Below are positions 23,150-37,800 of a stretch of DNA of 64,000 nt, in pieces. Under the pieces are notes generated by a model, which worked only from the letters and a program-made list of their open reading frames with translations, did not search any database and was not told where the DNA came from. This stretch comes from Tubiluchus corallicola (Eukaryota > Animalia > Priapulida). Every line of letters starts with the position of its first letter. Within the stretch, counting starts at the first letter, position 1. The stretch is from the NCBI GenBank assembly GCA_030141605.1, contig JAQGDQ010000252.1, positions 1-64,000 on the forward strand. The letters run 5' to 3'. Both the position numbers and the translations under genes were made by a program.

Positions 23150-23460
23150 TGGGTGGCTCATGTATTTACGCACAGCCTGTAATCTTGACGACCAAAGGGA
23201 GAATCAAAGAGGCCAGTGTCGAACACATGATGTTACAATACATCTCGTAGGCCACTCACAAGTTCTCATTTTGAATGCAAATCAGCGATGTGTTCCTGAA
23301 TCATTTTAGCTTCTACTCTGTCCTTCCACATAGCTCCAGTGTGTTTGCTGGGGTTGAGGTCTAGTGGATTTCAAGGACATTCGATTTGATACATTTCCTC
23401 CGATCACAGTTCTCAAGACTGCACATTGCACAAGACATACCAAAGTTCCACACCAAATAT
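23150..23460 (-). mobile_element. Tc1/mariner-like transposase relic
   Basis: Minus strand reads ...NPLDLNPSKHTGAMWKDRVE; homologous to the 18.9-kb copy. Confidence 0.55.
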
Positions 23461-23833
23461 AGAGGACCTAACAGATTTATTTGTTTAGCAGTACTTTGAT
23501 GTAACAATTTGTTCTGTGTTACTACTTGTTTTTTTCGTATTCCTGCCAGATAAGTTATTTTATTACACCCTGTAGTTCTTATAGCAAGTAATAAATTGAT
23601 AAAAAATAATATCTCTAAGTAAATTTTACGGAGAGTAGTGATATGGCAAATAAGATGTTTGTTAATTTAAAACAAAAGTAGCAAAGGATGGGTAGATTTT
23701 ATCTACCCATTAGCGTATTTCCGACTAATTGGTGTTTGAAAGGTAATGTTGTACCGTCGTGCGAGCCACGATAGTGGTAGTAGCTTGACGGTGCTTTTGA
23801 GTAGAAATTTTTCCGTTTGTTCATAGTTTAAAA

Positions 23834-26800
23834 ATGGCAGCGCACACGTGTTTGAGAACTGTTTATAAATCCTTAGGTTGGTGTTACTAGCTCAGTGGTT
23901 CCCAACCTTTTGTTGACAGCGACCCCTTTCCAGAACCCTGCATCATATTGCGACCCCACGAAGAACATAATGTTATACTATTACACATCATTATCATTCG
24001 CATTTATTAATTGAGTGATTGTTGCGTTAATTCATTCATGTGATGGTTGTACCTGTTTCTCAGCGACCAGTATTGCAATGCCTTGCAGTATTTATAAGCT
24101 CAACTGTGAAGCTAATGCCAAAACTAACACACCTATTGGATTTACTAAAAGTATTAAATTAACTGAAGATGTAAGGTAGGGCATCCCAATAGAACCAACA
24201 CTATGTGAATAACTATGAACGATATAATAGATATACAGTATCATCCAGTGACAATGTTTGGCCCTGATTTAGAAATTGGCACCCTGTTATACGTGGATGA
24301 CGTGTTATGAGTAGGGACTGCAGAAACAGTGATTAAAGTAGCAGAGAATTTTAGCGAGATAGAAACTCAAAAAATGATGACCTTCAACCAAAAAACCAAA
24401 ATAAATGGCAACTGATATGACAAAAAAGAGAAACAGTAAAGAAGTAATATTGAATGTAAAAAATGGCCAAATTAAACAAACTCATGAATTGGTTTAGTAG
24501 CAAAAATAATTATCAGCTTATGTTTGAAAAAAGAAAAGATAAAATGAATTATGATTTTAGAAATAGTGAACATTAGTAATGAATCTAAAATTGGAACTAC
24601 TGTTACAGCTGTTCGGCTAATGTTGTAGGTAAACACAGTAATACCATCAGTAATCAATAATGCTGAGACTTGGACCGATCTCACCACATCAGAATTAGAT
24701 AAATTGGAAGCATTCAAAAAGAAGCACTAGCAAAAATTTTATGTCAAAAAGATAGTGCGCCATATTGGGACATGTTGAATTATGAATTTATCCCACAGCA
24801 AATCATACGTCTTAACATACATACAAGTTGTTTTGACATTATAAAATAAAATGAACAAGAATAAAATAACAACAAAAATGAAATGAAATGTTAAGTGAAA
24901 CAAAAACATGGCCAATGATTTGTAGGGTAGACTATAAAAAATTAATGTATTATCATCTGTTAACGAACTCAAATGATGAAAGAATGGCAAAACAAGTTCT
25001 AAAAGTGTAAATAAATAATATCTTCAATAAATGTTGGTATTCAGAAATTAAACACATTGTGAATATAATATTGATATAAATACAGTGGATATAAATGTAA
25101 TAACCAAATCTAGATGGAAAAGTATGTAAAGAATGAAGTTCATTTATTCATAGAAAGGAACTTAAAACTAAAATATAAACTATGAGAAAATTGAGATTTT
25201 TAAAAAACAGAACTTTCCGAAGACAAATGTATGTCGAAAAATGTAGGTTAGATGGATGGAATGAAACATATTATGTCAATTAGACTTAATACGATAGATG
25301 TTAAAGCAAATTTTAAAAACCTGTAAATAAAGGGGATCTGAAATGTTCTTTATGCCAGGTAGCAGAGGATACTTCTGAGCATCTTTTTGAATGTAAAGCT
25401 GTGTATATCAACAAGTTGGGCTTGGCTGCGCAAGATATAAGTGAACGGAACATAGATAAATTACAACTGACTAGGATGTATGTTACCGAGCTGTTGAAAC
25501 TAAAAATTAATAATTAAAGACGAGTGAACAGTAAAGGCAAGTTGAAGTAAACAGTATTTGGTGTGATTTGTAAAACAAGTTGATCATGTTGTTGATCTCG
25601 CAAACAGACACTTTTGACACTTTTTATTGATGTCTGTTTGCTCGCCACTGGTGGTGAAGAGGATCAAGAGTATCCATGTTAATGCAATAGGTATCTAAGG
25701 AGACCCATCGTAAAATAAATAGCAACACGCTGGAACACCCAGCAACATTTCCTGGAAAATCAAGCACCGGTATATTGCATTTAAAGTGGGAAAACCCTGT
25801 CACTTTCCAGAACAAAATATGTAATGAAAAATTGAGGAAACAAGACCTACTTGCATACTTTTCATGAAAAGAGCATTTTTTAAAAATAGTTTTCGACTAC
25901 CCCGCGACCCCAAGGTTGGGAACCCATGTAGTACTAGCTTGTTTTACAATTTAAACCGTTTAAATTTTAAGTAGTTTGTCTTGTAATGCTAGCTAATTTT
26001 GTGCGTTTTAAAGATGTAAGCTCTGGTTTTTTATGGTCATTTGATCATTTACACGCCCCCTTCTATTAAAAAACTTAATCCATTGTTGGCAACTGAGTTT
26101 TTTTCATTTATTTTGGAGTTTTTTAATCTAGAAAGGTGGGAGAGCTAGATTGGTGCTTCTTCAACTTCAAAAACCTCTTCATTCCAAACTCTAAATGTCA
26201 TATTGTATATTGTATCCTTCTGATATAGTTGTATAGTTTAACTGAATAGAAACCATGATCAGATGATTAAAATATGCGCATAATTATTAAGCAAAATTGC
26301 ATGGTGATATTTACAATGAGATGATTAAGCAGATTAATTAGATTAGTGTAAAAATAGTTTTTGCCCATTACATACTTATAATAAATGACCTAGCAATGTT
26401 TTAGTAAGGTAAAATTAGTATTTGATGTGATAAATGTATTTGCTCGAAACATCATAAATTAAGCTTAAGCATTTACAGTGTTTCATGATATAACAATTAT
26501 AGATTATACCTAGTTATGTGGGCCTCAGGATATCCTAAGTAAGAAGCCTCCTGGAGATAATATAGGGCTTGGTGGGCTACTGTCTCAACCTAATACAGAT
26601 TGGACACAAGTTAAGTAGACTTCAGAAGAAGCCTATTAGAAACAAAATACAGTCGAACCTCGTTATAGCCCCCCCCCCGATTATAATGCCAACTGTTGCC
26701 CTGCCCTGAAAAACAGCCATTGTGTTGTAAAAACAATGACCTCTGAACAGAAAAACGATTATGATGTACAATAATTTGAGCAAGGAACATGCATTTTAAG

Positions 26801-29800
26801 AGTGCAAGAGTTGTGTAGCTAAGCTTCAGTACTGAACTAATGTGAATTTAACGGCTGTAAAAGCTGTTTGACTCAAGGTCAAGTTATTTGCGGCAGCTAT
26901 TAGTCTTAATTAATTATTATGGTACATTGGAAGTGTGGGTGGGCTGTGTGGCTGCATATTTCTCTTATCGGGAGGATTTCACAAGATTGCTAATCCACAA
27001 TGTGTTACCTAAGAGTTTTGCAACGGCCCATCGTAGAACTACAACTGTTCATTAATAAATCTGTTGCTGCTGTAGATCGAAGCAGACAGAGTAAACATTC
27101 TGCCTCGAGGTATGACGTACTGGCACATTTCTCGACAAAACACCTTTATGTTAGTCACTATGTCTACTCTCATGATATTTTCAGCAGCATACTCGAAAAC
27201 CACATCTCTGTCACTTTTAAGCTTATCTTCATGCTGATGAACTAGGCTTCACTTCCATGTCATTTCTTATTATTTGAATTATCATGCATACTGAAAACTA
27301 GTGGTATTTACGGGGAGTTCTCATTCAGAACAACTTATCAAAGAGACTAGAAGAAAACTGCGAAGGCTTGGAGAAATGCTGTAAACCCTCCCAGCAATTT
27401 TTGAGGTTCTTGAAGATTTTTTCAACCAAGATTCAAGAAATTTTCATTTAAGTCAGGGCGTCACAGCATCTGTAGCCCAGGGGCCAATAAAATTGAAATC
27501 CGACCCCGATAATTAATTCATATAGGTCTGATGGTAATTATTTGAAATTTTATTGATGTAATTACTGTGTTAATAAGTCAAGTTTTTATTATTCCAGAAA
27601 AAGAATGATATGTTGCACTTCATAATTTTACAATTGTATACTCAATGTTGCATCTTGCAGTTTAATCACTACAATGATAATATGTACATAACTTAGGATA
27701 GAGAACATTTAGATAAGTGTATATATTATCAAAAACACACATTTATATAATTCTGCAGTGTGCACCTAGTTGTACCACAAAAATTAGCTCAATTCTTGAG
27801 ACTCCAAAGATCTGTTCATGTTTGACATCTAGATATAAAAGGATTTAGGCATGGAAGGACGTAGTATTTACTTTGCATTATGGCAACCTTGTGTATAGTC
27901 TTGCCTCTGGATAAAGTCCGATTTTGGGACTGACAAACTAAACCTCTTTCACTTTTTAGTATAGTCACTTAAGATAAAAAATGGGCAGACTCCCTGCAAA
28001 TAAAGTGAATTCATAATACAGATAATTTCTATAAGCGTCCTCTGGCAGGATTTGTAAAAATTGCCGCAAAATGATAGTTCAGCAGAATGGTGAAAGATTA
28101 CACGCTTCATTTTCAAAGCTTGAAATTTTGTAGAATGTTGGAATCCATTAAAGTAATTACATTTAAATGTTTATGGATCCAATCGAGAATCATCCAATAT
28201 GGCCACTGTTTTCGAGATGACTGAAAAATATGTCTGCTGTTAGCTTACGAACCCATATCTTAGCCATTAGAGCAGGAAAGATGATGATTTTGATGTCTAA
28301 ATATAGGTTTTCAAAGTCAACGATCTGGTATCTGGTACTTAAAAGTTCCTATAATATGATCCCAGTTAGGATTTCAAGGTGGTTGCCAAGATAACCATAC
28401 TGCTACTGGCTGTATTGGAGCAATCAAATTGATAAGCCAAAAAGTTTAGGTACTTCCACTTACAGGGCTAGATTTACCTACTTTTTGGCAACCAAATTAA
28501 TAGAAATGTTAGCACAGGGGCCCTCATACTCCGGGACCTATTCTTATTTTATTCTTATATTACAGGGGCCTTTATGGTTTTGAATATATTATATAATGAA
28601 ATACCCAGTGTACATTTGAACAAAATTATACACTGGTATGTTGGGCGACAAATTAGTTTCAATGGGCTCCTAGATACCCGTGGGCACTAGGGCAATGGCC
28701 TACTGTGGCTATTGGTAAATCTGGCCCTGTCTACTTAGCTAGGAAAGTAAACAAGAAAACAATGGTAATTGTTCATCTGTTAAAAAGCCAGAGTTTCTTT
28801 TCACCAATGGGGAAATGATGAGGATGAAGTACCTTAAAACGTGCGAAAACTCATAGTATAGTTCACATTACTTCACTGATTGGGTCCTTTAGATCTGTTA
28901 TAATTACAGCTGCTTACATGTAATGAAGATATTAATTCATGATTATCGTTCATGATATTCATGATATAGTTCAAAATTATTTATTCTATATTTGTTCTTG
29001 CTTCTGTGCTCTAATGTCACTATGAACATATGAACCAAATAGTTGTTTCTCGAAAATTAAGAATTAAGATACATCTGTTTATTCAATGTCATGTGAGTAA
29101 AATTTGTAGTCTACATATTACTATTGTATTTTAATAAAATTGTGATTTGCTAATTTTAAAAATGATATCAACTTCTTGCAGATTTATCAAAGTGTACACT
29201 ATGCAGACATCTTCATGGAACACATTTAGCATTTGGAGGCAGAAAATGGAGAGTAGAGTAAGACCTGGACTATTGTTTCTACATATATAGGGCTGCATAT
29301 ATAGTACAAAATCTATGTCGATGGAAGTCACTCAATCTGACATGAATTGGCAAATACTCTCTTTTAATTTCTTTAGTTTCACATTCACAGATGCACTGAA
29401 CATTATGGAGCTGAAAGTATTAGATTTTAATGGTATCTATCTACTTTACAGGCATGGTCTTCCAGAAAAAGGATTAGATGCAGAATATGGACCCTTTGTA
29501 GACAAGCCTGACTGGTCATATGCGGGTTTGTGAATTCTTGTGCAAATTATGCTTGGAGTTAATTTTGTTCATTTATAGGGTTTAATGAATTTGTAATATT
29601 ATCTATTATTATGTGAACTTACGTCAAGACTTCGAGGTTCATAGTAAAATTTGTTGAACTACGTCAAACTTGAGATTTCCTTTGTTGCCGCCTGACCTTG
29701 ACGTTCTGAGTGACACTTCTTGACATATAGAATTTTTCAACCATTTCTTTTATGTTGCAAACAATTAAATATTTACCAAGCCATTCTGCCATTCTAGCTG

Positions 29801-31124
29801 GGGTAATTCATGTTAGTATTGTTACAATTTCTTAACTGAAATAGATTCTCTTCTAGTTCTAGATATTATTTTAAGTTTTACAAAACCTGAACTAAATGCC
29901 AGTTTCTTTATTTAATGCAGATGGCAGACCAGCACCTCCTACAGTTGGAATGCTTAGACGAAAAGCAAAGAACACAGAATTAGCTGTAAGTGCAACTTTT
30001 CAATTTCAACTTTCTGAAGGAAAACCGGACCCAATCTTAAACTATAGCTCTAAGCTATCTCCCCTACAAAGTATTGAAAGGGACACTTGAAAGAGAATAT
30101 TTTTTAAAGCACCTAATTTCGCATTCGTGCTGCTAGTTCTTTGACGTTACGAGCATTTTGCCATACTCTAGTTAGATAGGCACTAGCATCTACATGCTTG
30201 GAAGTGTGTTGCACAAAAAACAGGCAGTGTACCTCTCATAGTTCAGCTGTAATGTAACGTACATGTTCGAGAATTCATGCTTAAGCACAGTGGTAAACTT
30301 GAAATTTATGTCTTTAAACTTAAATTTTGCAAAGTTTTTGCGCTTCACACTGAGTGTTGTACACTTAGCATTGTACTTGAATTTTCGCTTTCCCAAAGAC
30401 GTGCAGTTGCTCATGGAATGTTTGTGCTGTTGAAAATTATGTTCATTTGTGATGTCATTACTAGCTGGGCTCGCTCGCCTTTAATTACGTTTTTAATTTA
30501 TTTTTTAATTAACAGAAACATTTTGGCATTATTATAGGTGTTAAAAAATAAAAACATTTTACCATTCTTCAAAATGGGGGTAGGATATGAAAAATCATCC
30601 TGTTTTCCTTTAATGAATAAAATGTGCTACCAAGACAGGTGGTGTAGTGCACTGTATTCTCATCTTCAAAATCAAAACTAGAACGCAGCAGCCAATTGAG
30701 TAAACTCTGTTTTTGTTTTGCATTTACTTGATTGATTGAAAAATACCGTTAGTATCCAAAGCTACTTCTTGTGCAAGTAACAGAATAAAGCATTATCTTC
30801 ACCATATTATTACATACTACTTCAGCAGAATAATGAAACACTTCCGCAAGTTCTGCTTCTGTTCCTAATTGTTCATAACCCTGTTACCTTATTCATTTAT
30901 TTATAGTTGTGCATAAATGCAAATGTGCAAGAACTACTAGCAGAGCTAGAAATGAAAATGATTTAATTTTGATTCAGAGAAAAACTGTAGAATATCTTAG
31001 CGATCTCAAAAGAGCAAAATCCCTACATGAAGAGAAAGTCCGCCAACATCATGGTAAAATAAAAGAAAAAGAAGCTGCGAGATTAAAGCCAAAGGGCAAA
31101 TTGTTATCTAAAGAAAAACAATAA
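23834..31124 (+). CDS. MRPL52: Mitochondrial ribosomal protein mL52, 5 exons, 134 aa
   Basis: Exons 23834-23876, 29182-29257, 29452-29525, 29921-29985, 30978-31124, phase-consistent. MAAHTCLR... presequence; GRKWRVEHGL...[28 protein letters not shown]...LKPKG matches mL52. Exon 1 is the least certain. Confidence 0.92.
23893..25928 (-). mobile_element. Internally deleted hAT (Buster/Charlie-type) element in MRPL52 intron 1
   Basis: TIRs CAGTGGTTCCCAACCTT / AAGGTTGGGAACCCATG; TACTAGCT at 23885-23892 and again at 25932-25939 (3 nt off the TIR); subterminal GCGACCCC repeats; minus-strand C-terminal motif IAILVAEKQVQPSHE* at 24032-24079. Confidence 0.8.
24150..25530 (+). mobile_element. Degraded non-LTR retrotransposon nested in the hAT relic
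   Basis: RT motif EIGTLLYVDDV (~24270-24305); C-terminal CCHC finger CSLCQVAEDTSEHLFEC (~25344-25395); many stops and frameshifts. Confidence 0.8.
28463..28729. mobile_element. hAT-type MITE
   Basis: 16-bp TIRs CAGGGCTAGATTTACC / GGTAAATCTGGCCCTG; 8-bp TSD TCCACTTA/TCTACTTA. Confidence 0.85.
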
Positions 31125-31870
31125 GATTACACCAATCGTTTTATTGTAATATATTCAAATGCGATTTGTTATCAATTTACATTTACATTAGTTTTCAATA
31201 ATAACACACTTTGCCAACAATTATGATTTAAAAGCCTTCATCGTAACTGTTCCATTATGTGTTCTATTAAATGTCTCATGTTAAATTAAGCAAATTTATT
31301 AATGCAAAATTTTCTATTGTACATATTAATCTAGTAAATGTTGCTGTAGTATGTACAGTATTAATCTAGTACCAATTAGTTGATGTAAACTGCAAGTAAA
31401 ATATTTGTATATAATAAAATTGTTGTTGTTTCCGATTCCAAGTTCAATTTTAGATGCTTTTCTTTATAAAAGTGTAATGCACTAATTTTCAGCAACACTC
31501 ATTGCAGCTTAAAATAAATATAATTGAATGACATTATGCAATAATCAAAACCATATCACAGAATGTTTTAATTAATAAAAATAAATATAACAATACGTAC
31601 GCTGACTTGCAGGTGTTTTATGTGTTATATAGATTTAAGCCTTATATAGAGTTGTGCATGTAATCGAGTGTCCTTACAATTATAAAAATAAGTAATGTTA
31701 AAACAGAATTCAAAAGTATGCAGCCGTGTATAGATATCTAAATTACTAGCAATAATGTAAAAAGATCAAATATAGTTTAAAATAAATCTAAGCACCTTAA
31801 TGTAATTAGCTTTCTGTGGAAATTCATTGATGCCATTCGGACAGAAATCACATATGCGCTTCATTTACTT

Positions 31871-34800
31871 TCAATACTCTCCATTAAATAACCACCGTGA
31901 AATCATTTTCAGTGACGGTCCCGGTTTAAACTGTGGTACCATATGACCAGCTCCCTGTAAACATATTTAGAAACAGCTGGAAGTTTGTGATTCATTGTTC
32001 TTTTTCATAGCAACATCTATAACTTTTGCTTGGTTAATCGCTTATTAAGAACAATTATTGTTTAACTAATATCAGCATTAGGTTGAGAAACCTAAACATT
32101 CCATCTACATTGTAGTAATGTAGTTCAGGGAAAATTAAGTCTTAATTTTATTTATTAACAAAACCTATTTCTTTTTTACGCTATCATTTATGACAACTCT
32201 ACAAACAGTTTGTACTGACCATATTCAAGTAGGAACTGTTATATTCCAAAAATAAATTTGTTATCAATCATCTCTAAATTTAGTTATTTGGTTATTTCGT
32301 ATGAAAGCAAAGCAAAACTTTAACTGCATGGTCGTTCATACCTATTTGTATTACGCAAACGTACAACGTACGACAAAATCAGACCAACGTACAAACTCGC
32401 AAAAAAGTAATTCACAACAAATTACATAAGCACTAGGAGATGAAATTTAATGTAATCTAAAGCAACCTTAAATGCGTGTTTGTGCCTTAATGCAAAACAA
32501 AACACGCTGTTAATCAGGATAATCGCTCAACAGTGATAGAAGACGGCTTAAAGAGGCTAACATATTACACAAACTGCAGCTACAATAACACAATATCAAA
32601 TTGCTAAATGCTGTCAGTAAGATAGCCCTATTCTAGGATAATCAAAAGGAGATGAACAGACACTGTAATGTCAAGCGTTAAACAACTGCTAGGCATTCAT
32701 CTGCCATTAGACAATTATGGTATATAACTTCCTTTGTAATACATAACTTGTGCAATATCCTTACCTTTACAGTTACAAAATCCAGGCCTTCGAAACGCTT
32801 TACAAAACCAGCCACTTGGCTGTTAAACCTCCATTCTGCTCGATCTTTTCTCACCTAAAAATACCACGTATGAATCTGAAATACTGTAAATGCTACTAAA
32901 GCAATATTACGATGGTAGCGCAGAAAGCAAAAATCACAGCTACGAACTAGATAAATTATTATTTAGGTTGAAACAACTTAGTAGATGTTAATGACCGATG
33001 TCACTTTGCTTGCTGTATGCTGAAAAGAAACAGCAACTTAGGTGTGCGACACCTTGAACGAACCTGCTGCACCAAACCTCACCTGTTGCTTCAGGGATTC
33101 CACAAACCACTGATCTCCAAGGAAGTTACATGCCATGTCTGTGTCACCGTTGTAAACTAGACCACGTATTTTGGGCAGGAGTGTACGGTACTGCTCACGC
33201 ATAGTTGTGTAAAGAACCTTATACTTTGAGCCCACTTCTGAACTGCAGCAAATAAGTATTTACTGTATTAGAATTGGGAGTGTACTCTACTGAATTAGGA
33301 ATTCCACTGAACTAAAGGAATCGACTATTGATTAGTATATCTGCTTTAAAGTGTCCTGGCACCTATATGCAGATGCTATTTAATGAACACACTAGCCACT
33401 ACCTGCGCATAGTGAACAAATGATATTTATACATTGCACGATAAAATTTTCTATACGACAGTCTATTTTTCAGGCAGTTTTAAATGAAATTAAAAAATTG
33501 CAAGTATGTAACTGTGTACCATTCTTGGGTTTTTACCAAAGAATGATAATCAATTTCTGGTTCAATTGTCATTTTTGCGGCCAACTCATGTCTATTTCCT
33601 GACGTCACAGTATAATTATATTGCTCCTCTTCCAAAAAAACAAAAGACATTGCACAAGTGAAGTTGCGGCTAAAAATATTGCAGCAAGAGTGTTATTGCC
33701 AGGTTTTTACTACTTGCAGAAAAAAGATTGTAAATTTTCCATTTTGTACGAGATATGAGAAACTTGTTACTACTTAAGAATGACAAGATGGTTGCAATTA
33801 CTGTTCACAAAATTAAAATTATTTTTTTCCGACAATTTATAGTCCATCCCAGATTTTTCAGTAACGCTTTCTGTGGTGCTATTAATCTTGTCTGGTATTT
33901 CAGTAAATTTCGTAACAGTTGTACATTTTTGGATCATGCGGAACTAATCTCACATGAAACTTTAAAAAAACGCATTTTGTTAACAATGGCACAGTTTTGG
34001 ACATTGCGGAATTATATTAAAGTTTGACATGTGCAAATTAAATTAAAAGCAATGAAAGAAAGTGATAAGATATAATCAGGGGCATATCAAGACATTATGA
34101 CACCCTAAGCTGATAGTACTGCCCATTTCTAATATGGATTTATGTTTTTTATATATGAAGAGCAATACAATTATATGTAGCGTATTAGTAGCATGCTATT
34201 ACCTAATATCTATATGGTTATTATTAATGACATTTGTGTAGTGCTTATATCTAATTAGGCCTTTTTATGACTTTTTTTCATATACTGCATGAAATGCAAT
34301 GCACAAGTACTTGTGGTGTGTTAGTGTTAATCACACATATATTTGCATAGTGCTTATATATAATTAGCAATTCAATTTTTTGTGGTGTAGTACCTGTTAT
34401 GGAATAATTTTGCTTGTTTGTTATATTTATATATGGCACTCAGGAGTTACTACTTGCTGGTGGTGTGTTATATTATACATGCTCTATATGAATATGAAAG
34501 GATACTCATTTTTGAGGATAATAAGAATTTTCCGACACTGGGTCCCTAAAATTCAAAATTTCCGCCTAGACTACAGCCTAGTTAACCTATTGGTGAATAT
34601 GCTCCTGGCCTTCAAATATGTCGAACTCTAAACATATACGTGTGTGTGTGTGTGCATGCGTGCGCGCTCATCGACATGTCGCTGTACCGTTTTTTAATTC
34701 AGTTTTTGTGCAGATACACCATTTTTTCCTAAAAGGACATTGTAGTGAATCAATTTTTAAGATTTTGCACTGCAATTTCACTCCAAAAGATCAAGCAAAA

Positions 34801-37800
34801 TTTCCAGATTTGCCAAAACTCATGATTGCACCTAATGTTTTAATGTTTGCAAGGCAGATTTTTAAACTCATCACACAGTTGGTCTGACACTCAAAAAGTA
34901 AATCACCATAATTATGTCAATTCATTAGTGTAATTTCTCAATATAATTGGAGCACCATAGTTTTGTTTTAGCAATGCTGATTGCTAAAGTACCGATGTTG
35001 CCTTCAAGTACTTACAAGCTGTTCACGTTGTAAATTCGTAATGTTGTCATCTGTGTATTGATTGTTAAAAATTTCAGCACATACGAAAAGAAAGCAAATT
35101 TGGTCGATTTTGTGACAATGTCAGATAGCAGTAATTGCAATTACATCTCATAAGTTTTACAAAAGCATTGATTCGACATAAGTATCGGAATAAAACCAAG
35201 AAGTAATTAAGACGTATTGCAATACATATCATATTGAATCAGCACAACCAATACCCATAGCCAATATAAAAAAGTGATTGCAGCCAATACGGAAAACTCA
35301 TGTATTTATAATGCATATATTACAACTTACACTATGATAATGACAGAGCAGTGAAATATGAATTTTTTTCTACCTGCAAATCTCCCAGTCCTGTACTTTC
35401 TTAGGAATGTGCAGAGCTTTTCTAACATCATGGCTGTTCAACCACGTCGTCACTGCCGAGGAATTTATACAAGGAACGTCCGATTTTAACGGTTCTCCTG
35501 GTTTCTCCCAGTTTATAGAGACCGGCTTCAAAACATTCTAGAAAATTCATAGGTGACTGAAGACCGGCAAACTGCTTTCCATCATTTATCCACAGTACAA
35601 AAATTCGGCTAAAATGATCCGAATAATTAGTGGCTTCTAATCTACTGCTGTAAATTTGCAATTATATTAATTTGTTTAATTTACTCGATATTTTCACAAT
35701 ATTTTGCAATTATCAATTTGCGTATAACGTACAGTAAAGTCTTTTTAAAGGATTCAATGCGTGGTTCCTAGGCATAATTATATACATGATGTTGTTATTT
35801 CATTAAAGTTAAGATATTTCCTCAATTCTCACGAAATTTACAAGTTAAGAAATACTGTTTTTAGGATTTAGTTTATTAGTCAAATGGTTAAAATTTAAAA
35901 GCAACAAAAGTACAATTTAAACTGATTATTGACGTCAAATCATGCTTCATGCATAAAACGTGGGCTCTTGGTCGGCTTTCTCTATTTAAAAGAAAGTGAC
36001 TTTCAGTCAGCAAACAGAAAATCTATATTGATGAGTAGTACCTCTACGAAATGTCCCTTTAAAGACAAATTCTCTCATATATCTACAAAACCTTATATAC
36101 AGGCAATTATTCTGTAGGTAGACTGTTATAAAATTATGATAATTCACTTTATAAATGTACACAATTGTTTCTAAAATGCTGTAACAGGAATACTACTATG
36201 GATAAATCTTGAACAACTAAGAGAAAAAAGTAAACATAACAAATCTTCACAAAGGAATAACAGTCTACTTAGCAGACATCACACATTGAGTGTCTAATCT
36301 CTGTCACTCCCAATGTACACAGGTGACTGAAAACACCCAACTTTGCTAAAATGACTATTCTATCACAAATACGATGTCACAATGGTACTAATTTGAATAA
36401 AAATTCTTTTGTGGAAAGTCGAGAGATCTGAAGGTGCGGTAACTGTGTCTATGCTCAAGGTAACAGTAGAAGAGAGAACATCTAATAGCAGAGTGTAACT
36501 AAAGTAACAGCCATTTTTAGAATTTCTTTTGCGGTCGTTCATCTTACAGTGAGAGAATATAGACTCATAGTTCATTAAAGTAAAAGCCAAGGCTCTTGGA
36601 AGGTTATTTTAGTATTTGGGGAAAACGTTAGAATATTTCAACAATAAAATTATGATAAGTGCCTCTTGTAGTTAGTAATTAAATATCGCAATCATTTCAC
36701 ATTTGGGTATGCTTATTTTGAACTAAAAATAAGGCCTGTGCCTACTGTCCAGTATAAACACTTATTCCGTCATGTACTTAAACAAACTTTTTTGCAGTTG
36801 CAGTTACTACTATCAATTACAAACATCCAAAAAATTAAACGAAAGATTATTAACACCATTTTTTGCTTTATAATGACTCCTATTGTCATGTGGCTACCGT
36901 GCAATAACCCATCAAGTGCATGAGCAAACTTTTTTGCAGTTGCAGTTATTACTATCAATTACAAACATCTAAAATTTTAAACGGGAGATTATTAATACCA
37001 TTTTTTTCCCTTTTGTTGAATCCTGTTGTATACCGCATAGTGAAAATCAATTACCAGCGTAATATTAATAACCTCCAGCTCAGTTAGCTAACACTGACAG
37101 TGACAATAATTATTTTAACAAGCTAAAACTGAACTCAATAACGTAAGTAACTAAACTGAATGTAAGTAAACTGCTTGGCACCTACTGCATGCTTGCAGCC
37201 TCGCAGAATCCCATCCTTATCTGTAACTAGATTTTCTAGTACTTATGCATTTTGAGGTACAACCCTGTGGATTAAAGCTATGTAAGCACTTTGTAAGTTA
37301 TTGCGAATTGATCCGACAACTAATTTTTATATTAACACAGTTAAAACACAAAGATTTAATCAACTAGCATAGCAGAACTTCTGAGTGAGCTGCAGGATGT
37401 TTATCACATGTGCCTTCGTGCTGTCTGCCAGCTTACTTCATTTTTTTCAAATATGCCTGCAGTGAGGTGCATTTGGCAGGAGAAAAAATGATTTAAATTT
37501 CTTTTGCATTTCTAGCAATGCATTTTACGAACACATATTCTGTGGTAATTTCAATAGTTTTAAATGTATAATAAAGTTATAATAATGTTGTTCGAGGTTA
37601 TGGTTTATCCTTTTTGTCCAAGTAGTCTGCAAGCTCACTACTGATAATAATCCAAAGACAGGTAGCAAAACAGTACTAAACAGAGGGATCTGTTTATCAG
37701 ATTTTCAGCACAAATGTTGAAGCTATCACATAATTTTACAAGGTTCACAATGCTAGCCTAAAAAGAATACTAATGAGGTGCTACTACCGCAAGATCGCTA

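Noticed and set aside
26648-26690. Tigger/pogo-like terminus TA-CAGTCGAACCTCG
   Set aside because: No matching opposite TIR or transposase found, so no element could be delimited.
35428-35661. 77-aa ORF as a CTSA exon
   Set aside because: Wrong frame; the true exon is 35537-35374 (…[15 protein letters not shown]…).
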